A DNA stretch of 64,000 nucleotides from a bacterium (lineage in GTDB: Bacteria; Arandabacterota; Arandabacteria; Arandabacterales; Arandabacteraceae). The translations under genes were made by a program, and so were the position numbers. The stretch spans positions 200,879 to 264,878 of the forward strand of contig JAOZOU010000004.1 of the NCBI GenBank assembly GCA_029933125.1, given 5' to 3'. Positions 8,906 through 17,432 of the stretch are shown here, one piece after another; position 1 is the stretch's first letter; each line of letters starts with the position of its first letter. The notes beneath the pieces were generated by a model. That model searched no databases, had not been told where the DNA came from, and saw only the letters and a program-made list of their open reading frames with translations.

Positions 8906-10474
8906 ATGCGGTACTCGAGGCAAACTCAAGGGGTAGCAAGTGGTTTGCTACCCCTGATTGCTATTCCTCTCTTCCTGCCGTTGTCCGCCCTGTATGCCCA
9001 GACATGGGCTGAGTATGGTGACGTGCCAGTAAGCAGTAGCGGTGATCTCACCTTCTATGCCGATATTGCTAGCTACTATGATGGGGCAGAGAATCTCGAA
9101 GAAATCTACTTTCTGATAGCGAATGATCAGGTAAAATTTCTCGAAGATGCACATGGATACAAAGGGAGGCTCAGACTTTCAGTTGACCTACTCAATGACG
9201 ACGGTAGTGTTGCTGGAAAGGCTGAAAATGAAGTCACGGTTTATGCTTCGAGCTCGGAGGAAGCTCTCGACCGCAGCGTAGTCCAGGTTCTTCAAACACA
9301 GATTCATGTTCCGCCCGGTCGTTACGTTGCGAAGATGGAGATTGAAGATCTCAATGCTGTGAAAAAAGCCCTTATTCCATACATTCTTAAGCGACATAAG
9401 AAGGGTAGGGTTGAAGTCCTGATAGACTCACCCGATTTCAAAGCCAAGGGAATCGCACTAAGCGACATAGAGTTTGCAAGGGGACTTCGTAGGACTAGCA
9501 AGGGGCAGTTCCAGAAATCGGGATTAGAGATCATTCCAAACCCTCCTCGGCGCTATGGGCTCTTGCTTCCAGAGCTCGCCATCTACTTCGAGGTTTATGA
9601 TTTTGATCAGGAGGTTTCCGATTCGGTCACCGCAACCTACAGGATAGTGAATAGGACAGGTGCAGAGATATATAAGCAGCAGAAGCTTTTGCGGGTAAGA
9701 GGAGAGCGCACACCGAGTACCGCTCTGTTTGATATTACATCCTTGAGTGCGGGTAGCTATCTTCTCGTTGTCAGCCTTGATCTTGCAGGGAGAAGCGTCA
9801 GCAGTCAGCGGAAGTTTGACGTGGCCTGGTCACCGCTGTCCTGGGGAAGGTACGAAACTGAGATGATAGGAGACGTGGAATACATCCTCACAGAGAAAGA
9901 GATGGAGGAGTTTGAATCACTCTCCCCTGGGGGGAGGGAAAGATATCTCGAGGAGTTCTGGCGCAGGCTTGACCCCACACCTGGTACTGCTGAGAATGAG
10001 GCGAGAACGGAGCATTATCGAAGAGTCGTCTATGCCGACAAACACTTTGGGACGAGCACCAAGCGTGGAGCCCTCTCCGATAGAGGGAGGCTCTACATTA
10101 AGTACGGTCCACCCGATGATATCCAGAGTTTCTATTCTGACATGGATTTTGTTAAAGGCAGACGCCACATCGAAGGTGCTGAGTCGCCAGTACCGACCGA
10201 TCCCTTCACTCGCGTGGGAATAAAGGCTGGTTCGGGTGAGCCTGGTGGATGGCAACAGGCCGGCTCATCTGCAGATGTCCATGGAGATCAAATTGGTGGC
10301 ATGACAGTTCATGGCAAAGCGTATGAGATATGGACATATGAAGGCGCTGGCAAGCCGATTCGGCGTCTTTCAAAGCGGATTGCTAAGAGTCCTGTGATGC
10401 AATTTATCCTGGTTGATGAGAAAGGAATAGGCGATTACAGGCTTGTCTATAGCACCGAGCAACAGGAATACTAA
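8906..10474 (+). CDS. GWxTD-domain protein, secreted (copy 1)
   Basis: Signal peptide plus a C-terminal region (EEFWRRLDPTPGTAENEARTEHYRRVVYADKHFG...RGRLYIKYGPPDDIQ) that matches the GWxTD-domain pattern. Paralogous to 18630-19886, which carries the exact GWRTD motif. Starts 2 nt after the PorV-like stop. Confidence 0.55.
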   Translation: MRYSRQTQGVASGLLPLIAIPLFLPLSALYAQTWAEYGDVPVSSSGDLTFYADIASYYDGAENLEEIYFLIANDQVKFLEDAHGYKGRLRLSVDLLNDDGSVAGKAENEVTVYASSSEEALDRSVVQVLQTQIHVPPGRYVAKMEIEDLNAVKKALIPYILKRHKKGRVEVLIDSPDFKAKGIALSDIEFARGLRRTSKGQFQKSGLEIIPNPPRRYGLLLPELAIYFEVYDFDQEVSDSVTATYRIVNRTGAEIYKQQKLLRVRGERTPSTALFDITSLSAGSYLLVVSLDLAGRSVSSQRKFDVAWSPLSWGRYETEMIGDVEYILTEKEMEEFESLSPGGRERYLEEFWRRLDPTPGTAENEARTEHYRRVVYADKHFGTSTKRGALSDRGRLYIKYGPPDDIQSFYSDMDFVKGRRHIEGAESPVPTDPFTRVGIKAGSGEPGGWQQAGSSADVHGDQIGGMTVHGKAYEIWTYEGAGKPIRRLSKRIAKSPVMQFILVDEKGIGDYRLVYSTEQQEY

Positions 10475-10481
10475 AAAAGGG

Positions 10482-10510
10482 TTGACAAGGTTGGGTGGGG
10501 ATATTATGGT
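10482..10510 (+). promoter_or_regulatory. possible promoter TTGACA-N17-TATGGT upstream of exbB
   Basis: TTGACA at 10482-10487 and TATGGT at 10505-10510, with a 105-nt leader to ATG 10616. Confidence 0.3.
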
Positions 10511-10615
10511 TTATGCGATCAATCACATGGTCGTTTGATCGGGTGCTTACCGATCGACGGCCTATTAATGTGGTTAGGACAGACTAGGGATAACTTCCAC
10601 AAGGAGAAGGGTAGA

Positions 10616-11449
10616 ATGAATCGCATGAGGCTCTGGCTCTTTTTGCTCACAGTTGCTGCAGGTCTTGTTTTTGCTTTGGCTTGTCATGCTCAGGAGCAGG
10701 CTACAACCGAGCAGGCAGCCACTGATACCTCCATTGCGGCGATGTTGAAATCCCTCGAGGCACCCCCAGAAGAAGCTCAAGCTGCTGAAGAGGGATTCGT
10801 AGCCAGGATACGCAAGAGCGGACTGGTGACCCTTTTCTTAAAAGGTGGAATCTTCATGTATTTCCTCTTGGGCACATCCATTGTTGGTGTGGCTGTTATC
10901 ATAGAGCGTGCGATTACACTGAGTCGCGCTAGGACTGACGTGCGGAAGCTGATGAAGCGAGTGCTTGATGCCCTTCATTCAAAGGGAGTTGAGGCAGCTG
11001 CCCACGAGTGTGAGAGAACCCGGGGACCGATTGCGGCGATCCTTCATGCTGGTCTTAAGCGTGCAGAGCGAGGAACGGAGGCTGTTGAGCGAGCAATTGA
11101 GACTGCCGGTACGATTGAAACCTCTTTCCTCGAACGGGGTCTTATCTGGTTGGCAACAGTTGCAACGATTGCCCCACTCTTAGGCTTCCTCGGAACAGTT
11201 TCAGGAATGATTCGAGCCTTCAACGCGATTGCTGAGGCTGAACAGGTCAATGCCAAGCTTGTTGCATCGGGTATCTCAGAGGCTCTTATCACAACCGCTA
11301 CTGGGCTTTTGATAGCTATTCCTGTTCAAGCATTTCATAATTTCTTTGTTTCTCAGATAGATCGTTTTATAATAGAGATGGAGGAGTCAACAGCAGATCT
11401 AATAGATACGCTGATCATGCTTGGCGCTGTAAAGGAAACCCAAGACTAA
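10616..11449 (+). CDS. exbB: MotA/TolQ/ExbB proton-channel protein with N-terminal periplasmic extension
   Basis: Signal peptide and periplasmic extension, then MotA_ExbB TM helices (GGIFMYFLLGTSIVGVAVIIERAITL...LATVATIAPLLGFLGTVSGMIRAF). Start moved from ORF-track 10535 (TTG) to ATG 10616, which has SD AAGGAGAAGG upstream. Confidence 0.8.
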   Translation: MNRMRLWLFLLTVAAGLVFALACHAQEQATTEQAATDTSIAAMLKSLEAPPEEAQAAEEGFVARIRKSGLVTLFLKGGIFMYFLLGTSIVGVAVIIERAITLSRARTDVRKLMKRVLDALHSKGVEAAAHECERTRGPIAAILHAGLKRAERGTEAVERAIETAGTIETSFLERGLIWLATVATIAPLLGFLGTVSGMIRAFNAIAEAEQVNAKLVASGISEALITTATGLLIAIPVQAFHNFFVSQIDRFIIEMEESTADLIDTLIMLGAVKETQD

Positions 11450-11463
11450 AGGGGTGAGCGACA

Positions 11464-11871
11464 GTGAAATTCGGACGAAGAGCCAAGGTTTCGGATGAGA
11501 TACCAAATGCATCGCTCTCCGATATAGCATTCTTACTCCTCATATTCTTCATGGTGAGCACAGTCTTTGCAATTGAGGAAGGGCTTCTGCTTCAGCTGCC
11601 AAGCAAAGAAGGTGTTGTTAAGAAGATTGCTCGTAAGAACATAATGCGCATCTCGATTTATGCTGATGGCAACATAACCGTTGATGATCAGCCAGTTACC
11701 TTGGATCAGATAAGGCAAAAAGTTGAGCAAGCTCAGGTGGAGAATCCTAAGATCGTCTTTGTTGTTGAGACTTCACCCGAAGCCAGATATGGTCAGATGG
11801 TGGATGTTCTCGATGAACTTAAATTAGCTAAAGCTACAAGGGTTTCACTAAAGCGGCTTGAGGAAAAGTGA
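11464..11871 (+). CDS. exbD: biopolymer transport protein ExbD/TolR
   Basis: 135 aa with an N-terminal TM segment (DIAFLLLIFFMVSTVF) and the ExbD periplasmic fold pattern. Confidence 0.8.
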   Translation: MKFGRRAKVSDEIPNASLSDIAFLLLIFFMVSTVFAIEEGLLLQLPSKEGVVKKIARKNIMRISIYADGNITVDDQPVTLDQIRQKVEQAQVENPKIVFVVETSPEARYGQMVDVLDELKLAKATRVSLKRLEEK

Positions 11872-11880
11872 AGGTAGGCT

Positions 11881-12300
11881 ATGGCTAGGTTTCAGAAGAA
11901 GATCCGTGCCGAGAGTAAGATTCCGACCTCTTCAATGGCGGATATCGCCTTCTTGCTCCTTATCTTCTTTATGGTTACAACAGTTCTTAAGCTTGAGGAA
12001 GGACTCCCCATAGCATTGCCGAAAGCGGAGGCAGCTGAGGATATTCCCCGAGAGAACGTGATTCACATATGGGTTGACCGCACGGGCAAGATCTCGATAA
12101 ATGACATGATAGTCAAGACCGGTGCTGTTGAGGGGATCGTTTCTCAGAGATTGAGGTCAAATCCTGGAATAATAGTTGCCTTCTACACGGATGAAAATGC
12201 CCCCTATGGAGTAATGGATGACATAATGGAGCAGCTTAAGAGGGCAAGTGCGGTCAGGGTATCCTTTGCATCCAAGAAGGAGAAGCTTCGCTTAAGATAG
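11881..12300 (+). CDS. exbD: biopolymer transport protein ExbD/TolR (second copy)
   Basis: 139 aa, paralog of the preceding gene (MADIAFLLLIFFMVTTVL...). Confidence 0.8.
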   Translation: MARFQKKIRAESKIPTSSMADIAFLLLIFFMVTTVLKLEEGLPIALPKAEAAEDIPRENVIHIWVDRTGKISINDMIVKTGAVEGIVSQRLRSNPGIIVAFYTDENAPYGVMDDIMEQLKRASAVRVSFASKKEKLRLR

Positions 12301-12307
12301 GAGATGA

Positions 12308-12925
12308 GTGTCAGTGACAGCTTATGCTGAACTCAAAGCGAAATATCCCAAGTATCTTGAAATTGGATTCCTGCTTGCGATTGTGATCCATGCAGTTGCT
12401 TTCGCTTTCTGGCCGGAGTATGTGCCTTCGGTCTATAAGCTCAGGGAGGAGAAATTTGAAGTTGTCGATATTCCACCCGAGATAGAGATACCCCCACCAC
12501 CTGAGGAGATAGCCAGACCAGAGGTCGCTGTCGAGATCGAGGCAAGTGATGAGGCAAGTGAGGAGGAGACCATTGCGCCGACGATGTTCGACGCCGAGAA
12601 TCTACCACCTGCTCCTCCACCTCCACCACCTGAACCTGAGATGTTTTTTGCGTTCGATACCTATCCGCAGGTGATTCATGCAGCTAAGCCTAAGTATCCT
12701 GAACTGGCTCGCAAGGCCGAGGTCGAAGGTACTGTTGTGGTGATGGTTACTATTGATGAAACCGGCAAGGTCATAAATGCGTGGATTGCCCAGTCCGATG
12801 CCCCGATCCTCAATGATGCTGCTATTGAAGCAGCCTATAAGTTCAAGTTTACGCCCGCTAAGCAGCGCGATGTGCCTGTGAAGGCAACCATTAGTATTCC
12901 ATTTAGATTTTCGCTTACCGAGTAG
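12308..12925 (+). CDS. tonB: energy transducer TonB
   Basis: N-terminal TM anchor, a Pro/Glu-rich spacer (PPEIEIPPPPEE...PPAPPPPPPEPE), and a C-terminal TonB domain (AKPKYPELARKAEVEGTVVVMVTIDETGKV...). Confidence 0.75.
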   Translation: MSVTAYAELKAKYPKYLEIGFLLAIVIHAVAFAFWPEYVPSVYKLREEKFEVVDIPPEIEIPPPPEEIARPEVAVEIEASDEASEEETIAPTMFDAENLPPAPPPPPPEPEMFFAFDTYPQVIHAAKPKYPELARKAEVEGTVVVMVTIDETGKVINAWIAQSDAPILNDAAIEAAYKFKFTPAKQRDVPVKATISIPFRFSLTE

Positions 12926-12956
12926 GTGCACTCCTATTACACCTTCAAGTCTTGTA

Positions 12957-13010
12957 AGTTGCCCTCCTTCGTGGTATAGGTACGTTGAGGCATTCTAAAG
13001 GAGGGCAACT
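12957..13010 (+). promoter_or_regulatory. perfect 13-bp inverted repeat (AGTTGCCCTCCTT / AAGGAGGGCAACT) sequestering the SD and abutting the start codon of the downstream gene
   Basis: Arms at 12957-12969 and 12998-13010 with a 28-nt loop. The 3' arm is the AAGGAGG Shine-Dalgarno sequence and ends 1 nt before ATG 13011. Confidence 0.5.
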
Positions 13011-13697
13011 ATGAACGGTTTGGGCAATCTCACATCGATATTCTTCAATCCTGAGAAGGTGGCAACATCTGTTGCTGAGAAACCTCGTTGGCTGCCTGCT
13101 TTTGTTATCTTTCTAGTCGTTATGGCGCTTGTCGGCTATGGCAGCTACAACTATGCCATAGATACCCAGTATGGGGTGGCGGCTAAGGTTGGGGAAGGTG
13201 GGAAATCCCAGGAGGTTTATATGGCATTTCTTAAGTCACCCGCCATTCGTATAATCTCAAGCATAGTTCAGGGTATCTCGATGTTTGTAACGTTTGTCCT
13301 CATTCCAGCTGCCTTGCTCAACTCCATTGCTTCTATCGTGGGGACCCCGGTTGGCTTTAAGAGGATGCTTGCCTATATGTCCCATGTTGGTCTCATAATT
13401 GCCGCCGGTCAAATTGTTCGATTTCTCCTGATTATGGCAAAGCACACCCCCGACGTCAGATTGAGCCCTGCCGCATTCTTCCCTAATCTCGCATTGTTTT
13501 CCCCCATGATGACTTTTCTCTCATCCTTTGACATCTTCTCGATATGGGCTTTGATAGCAGTTGTCGTCGGTTACAAGGAATTGGCGAAAATGAAGATGAG
13601 TAAAGCCGTGCTTGTGGTTGTAAGCCTTTGGCTGATAGGAGTTGGTATCCTGGTTGGCCTTGTCGTGTTAAGGGGTTTGTTTGTTCGTAAAGTATAG
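13011..13697 (+). CDS. hypothetical polytopic membrane protein (Yip1-like topology)
   Basis: 228 aa with about 5 TM helices. Its SD and start are buried in a 13-bp perfect hairpin (12957-13010). Confidence 0.4.
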   Translation: MNGLGNLTSIFFNPEKVATSVAEKPRWLPAFVIFLVVMALVGYGSYNYAIDTQYGVAAKVGEGGKSQEVYMAFLKSPAIRIISSIVQGISMFVTFVLIPAALLNSIASIVGTPVGFKRMLAYMSHVGLIIAAGQIVRFLLIMAKHTPDVRLSPAAFFPNLALFSPMMTFLSSFDIFSIWALIAVVVGYKELAKMKMSKAVLVVVSLWLIGVGILVGLVVLRGLFVRKV

Positions 13698-13711
13698 GAA
13701 GGGGGAAGGGC

Positions 13712-15034
13712 ATGAAGCTAAGTAGCCGTCGCCTCGTATTTGGCTTGGGTTCGCTGTTAATCTGGACCTGTTTTTGCAGTCCCAGCCATGCATCCGTCGA
13801 TACATTGCACATCAATCTCGACGAGTGTGTAAGGCTTGCTCTCACCGTCAATACGGAGGTCGTTAAGGCACGCTACCAGCTCAAGCAAGCCTCCAGCTAT
13901 GTTCTAACTTCTGCGTCACAATTGCTTCCAACACTCGGTTTTCAATCGACCCATTCAAAGTATGAAGAGTCCTTTCTGCGTCAGGTTGGCGATCGTGTAA
14001 TAGTTACTGACGAGAGCTATACAGCTTCGCTTGCCCTATATGAATCCTTCACAATTGGTGGTATCATGGGAACACTGGAATCCATGGAGGCACGTCAGGC
14101 ATCGTCACATAATCTCCGCAAGGTGAGGCAGGAAATTGCCTATCTTGCTCGTGAGAAATATCTCAGCGTTCTAAGAGCGAAGCATCTTCTCGAGGTAAGG
14201 GAGGATGCGCTTGATCTCAGTAAGCGTCGTCTGGAGAAGGCTAAAGCTATGCTTGATGTTGGTTCTGGAGTTCGCTTAGATGTCTTAAGAGCTCAAGTTC
14301 AGGTAAGTAACGATCAGATGGATGTTATTGCGGCGAGAAATGCTTTGCGTCTGGCTGAGGCCGGTCTCAGGCATTTCCTGAAGCTTGATCCTCAACTTGT
14401 TCTCGACCTTGAAGATGTAAGTGAAACTCGAGATCTTGATATTGAGCTTGAAGAAGCTCTTAGGGAGGCTTCAAGCAACCGTGCTGATATCCATTCAGCT
14501 GAGGCGAATCTTCGAGCAGCTTCACGCCAGGTGTGGAGGGAGCGCGGGGGTTGGTTTCCCTCGCTTACATTCAGATGGTCAGACAGATACACAGGGAACA
14601 AGTTTCCAGAAAGAGTTTCCACTCTTTCTGATGATGCCAAGTGGAGCTGGGATCTTACAGCCTCCATCAATCTCTTCGATGGTTTCTACACTTTCAGTCG
14701 AGTGCGAAATGCAAAGGCTGCAAGGGAGATCGCCAGACAGGAGCTTGATCAATTCATGAGGGATGCGGCTTTAGAAGTAAGGCAGGCCTATTATGATATG
14801 GAGGAGGCGAGAGAGCGGCTTGATGTTAGCCGCAAGACAGTTCAGCTTGCCCAAGAGGAGCTTAAGTTGGCTGAGGAGAGCTACAGGCTTGGCACTGCTA
14901 CCATGCTAGAACTGATTGATGCTCAGGTCTCCTTGAGTCAGGCTAAGGTGGCCCATGTCGAGGCTGTCTACGACTATATTCTGTCGCAGGCAAAGCTCCT
15001 CAAGGCAATCGGGAAGGACGGGGTCGAAGGATGA
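13712..15034 (+). CDS. TolC-family outer-membrane efflux protein
   Basis: Signal peptide, 440 aa, duplicated coiled-coil/beta-barrel OEP architecture. Precedes an HlyD-type adaptor, overlapping it by 4 nt. Confidence 0.75.
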   Translation: MKLSSRRLVFGLGSLLIWTCFCSPSHASVDTLHINLDECVRLALTVNTEVVKARYQLKQASSYVLTSASQLLPTLGFQSTHSKYEESFLRQVGDRVIVTDESYTASLALYESFTIGGIMGTLESMEARQASSHNLRKVRQEIAYLAREKYLSVLRAKHLLEVREDALDLSKRRLEKAKAMLDVGSGVRLDVLRAQVQVSNDQMDVIAARNALRLAEAGLRHFLKLDPQLVLDLEDVSETRDLDIELEEALREASSNRADIHSAEANLRAASRQVWRERGGWFPSLTFRWSDRYTGNKFPERVSTLSDDAKWSWDLTASINLFDGFYTFSRVRNAKAAREIARQELDQFMRDAALEVRQAYYDMEEARERLDVSRKTVQLAQEELKLAEESYRLGTATMLELIDAQVSLSQAKVAHVEAVYDYILSQAKLLKAIGKDGVEG

Positions 15035-16215
15035 GCAAGAAAAAACTCATTTTAATTTTGGGTGCTGTTGCGGGAATAGGTGCGATTGTTGTAGCTAACC
15101 TGCGGCTTTCATATGAGCCAAGTGTTGGGGTTGAGGTAACGAAGGTTGGGCGGGGCAAAGTTGTCGAGAAGGTTTCAGGTCCAGGAGTTGTGCAAGCTGT
15201 CTCCTCTGTCAAAATTAGCTCTTCTGTCATGGGGAGAATTGTCACACTCATGGTCAAGGAGGGAGACCACGTTGAGAAGGGGGATACCCTCCTTATGATT
15301 GAATCATCACAATATCGAGCACGCCTTGAACAGGCTCAGGCTGCCTTCAAGGCTGCTCTTGCTAGGCTTGAGCTTGCGAGAGCCAGGCTTGGTGAGGCCA
15401 AAGATGACCTCGAAAGGGAGTCAAAGCTGGCTGAGGCTAATCTTGTCTCCTCCAGAGAAGTCGAGAGAGCTAGAACAGCTTTTGCTGTCGCGAAGGCTGA
15501 GTTCGATGCAGCTGAACATGCAGCTCGAGAGGCCGAAGCATCTCTTGAGGCTGCACGGGACGATCTTGAGAAGACAGTCATCACATCGCCCATATCTGGC
15601 ACTGTGACAAGTCTCAATGTGGAGCAGGGTGAGATAGTCATCACCGGTACAATGAACAATCCTGGAACAGTCATAATGACTATAAGCAAGCTTGATACCA
15701 TGGAGGTAAGGGCTGAGATCGACGAAACCGACATCACAAAGGTTGCTCCTGGTCAGATAGCTGAGATAAGCGTAGATGCTTTTGCTGACACATTGCTAAG
15801 GGGTGTGGTCTCAAGTGTAGGCAGCTCAGCTCGCTCAACAGCCTCATCTGGTCAAAGAGCAGCCTTCGAGGTCAGAGTTAGAATCCTTGAGAATTTAGCC
15901 GGGCTGAGGCCTGGTATGACTACAACTGTCGATATAATTACGGCAAGCGAAGACAGTGCTACCTATGTTCCTCTCCAGGCACTTGTATTGAGGGATATTA
16001 AGACGGATGACGGGAAGATACAAAAGGAGGGCATATTCATCGTTGATAATGGCCGAAGCAAGTTTTTGCCAGTCACAACGGGAATTTCAGATGATCTTCA
16101 CATTGCGATTCTTGATAGCTTAAGTGAGGACACAGATGTGATCGTGGGACCCTTCAGAATACTTCGAGATCTCGAGGATAGCACCAAGGTCAAGATTATC
16201 AGGCGAAGGCAATGA
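15031..16215 (+). CDS. HlyD-family periplasmic adaptor (membrane fusion protein)
   Basis: N-terminal TM segment, a long Ala/Glu/Arg coiled coil, and biotinyl-lipoyl-like and beta-barrel segments (ITSPISGTVTSLNVEQGEIV). Confidence 0.75.
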   Translation: MSKKKLILILGAVAGIGAIVVANLRLSYEPSVGVEVTKVGRGKVVEKVSGPGVVQAVSSVKISSSVMGRIVTLMVKEGDHVEKGDTLLMIESSQYRARLEQAQAAFKAALARLELARARLGEAKDDLERESKLAEANLVSSREVERARTAFAVAKAEFDAAEHAAREAEASLEAARDDLEKTVITSPISGTVTSLNVEQGEIVITGTMNNPGTVIMTISKLDTMEVRAEIDETDITKVAPGQIAEISVDAFADTLLRGVVSSVGSSARSTASSGQRAAFEVRVRILENLAGLRPGMTTTVDIITASEDSATYVPLQALVLRDIKTDDGKIQKEGIFIVDNGRSKFLPVTTGISDDLHIAILDSLSEDTDVIVGPFRILRDLEDSTKVKIIRRRQ

Positions 16216-17432
16216 CTTTCGTAGATCTGCTCCGCATTTCCTCAACTTCTCTGCTCAGGCACAAGCTACGATCAGCCCTTACTATCCTTGGCATAGTGAT
16301 AGGAATACTTTCGGTTTCCTCTATCACAGCAATTGTGCGCGGAATAGACAGCTATGTAGCCAGTATCCTAGGAGCTCTTGGCTCTCAGGGTTTCCTAGTT
16401 ACCAAGATAGGCATTCCAAAGAGTGAACAGGACTATTTCAAAGCCCTGAGACGTAGGGAGCTTGAGCCCGAGATGGCTGAAATCATAAAGTCGAGGTGCC
16501 CATCAGTTGCCTATGCAAGCCCAGTGCTCAGAGCAAGCGCCGAGGTAAAGGTCGGAAAGCGAAGTTCTAAGGGCGTCACCATCGAGGGAACCAACTCTGA
16601 CATTCAGTATATGACGGATGCGGAGCTTGAGGATGGACGCTACTTCAATGAGTACGAGACTCAGCATGGCAGAAACGTATGTATTCTTGGACACGATGTT
16701 AGTGAGAAGCTATTCGCTGGCAGAAGTGCCATAGGTGGGCACATTTACATAAGGGGGCATCGTTTCACAGTTATCGGGTTGCACAGCGGCATGGGTACCT
16801 TTTTTGGCATCTCGAGAGATTCATTCCTAAGAATTCCGTATACCACATTTCGCAGGATTTTTGGAAAACCGATTGGAACTGAGATTTCGGTGAAGAGCCT
16901 TGAGCCTGAGCTCACAGATCAGGCAGTTGAGGAAACACGGGCGGTTTTGCGTAGGCTCAGGAAACTACGGCCCGACGAGGAAGATGACTTCGGGATTCTG
17001 ACCTCTGAGATGTTGATGCGGATGTGGAGAACTATCTCAACCAACATATTCATAGTCACGATTGGAGTTGGGAGCATAGCATTGCTTGTGGGCGGAATTG
17101 GTATCATGAATATCATGTTTGTTTCCGTCAAGGAACGCACAATGGAGATAGGTTTGAGGAAAGCTACAGGAGCTAGGCGAAAGGATATCGTGTTTCAATT
17201 TCTGACAGAATCGATTCTGCTTTGTTTGGGCGGTGGTTTTCTCGGTATCTTGCTTGGAGCTATGGGTGCCAAAGCGCTTGCCTGGAAGACCAACATTCCT
17301 GTCGCAGTTGAATGGTGGGCTATACTTCTAGGATTGGGCGTTGCGGTCGCTGTGGGGATCTTCTTCGGAGTATATCCTGCGGTAAGAGCTGCGTCACTTG
17401 CACCATACGATGCCCTGAGGTATGAGAAGTGA
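16212..17432 (+). CDS. ABC transporter permease, FtsX/MacB-like (no ATPase domain)
   Basis: 406 aa with an N-terminal TM segment, a MacB-type periplasmic domain, and a C-terminal FtsX 3-TM bundle (ALLVGGIGIMNIMFVSVKERTMEIGLRKATGA). Confidence 0.75.
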   Translation: MTFVDLLRISSTSLLRHKLRSALTILGIVIGILSVSSITAIVRGIDSYVASILGALGSQGFLVTKIGIPKSEQDYFKALRRRELEPEMAEIIKSRCPSVAYASPVLRASAEVKVGKRSSKGVTIEGTNSDIQYMTDAELEDGRYFNEYETQHGRNVCILGHDVSEKLFAGRSAIGGHIYIRGHRFTVIGLHSGMGTFFGISRDSFLRIPYTTFRRIFGKPIGTEISVKSLEPELTDQAVEETRAVLRRLRKLRPDEEDDFGILTSEMLMRMWRTISTNIFIVTIGVGSIALLVGGIGIMNIMFVSVKERTMEIGLRKATGARRKDIVFQFLTESILLCLGGGFLGILLGAMGAKALAWKTNIPVAVEWWAILLGLGVAVAVGIFFGVYPAVRAASLAPYDALRYEK

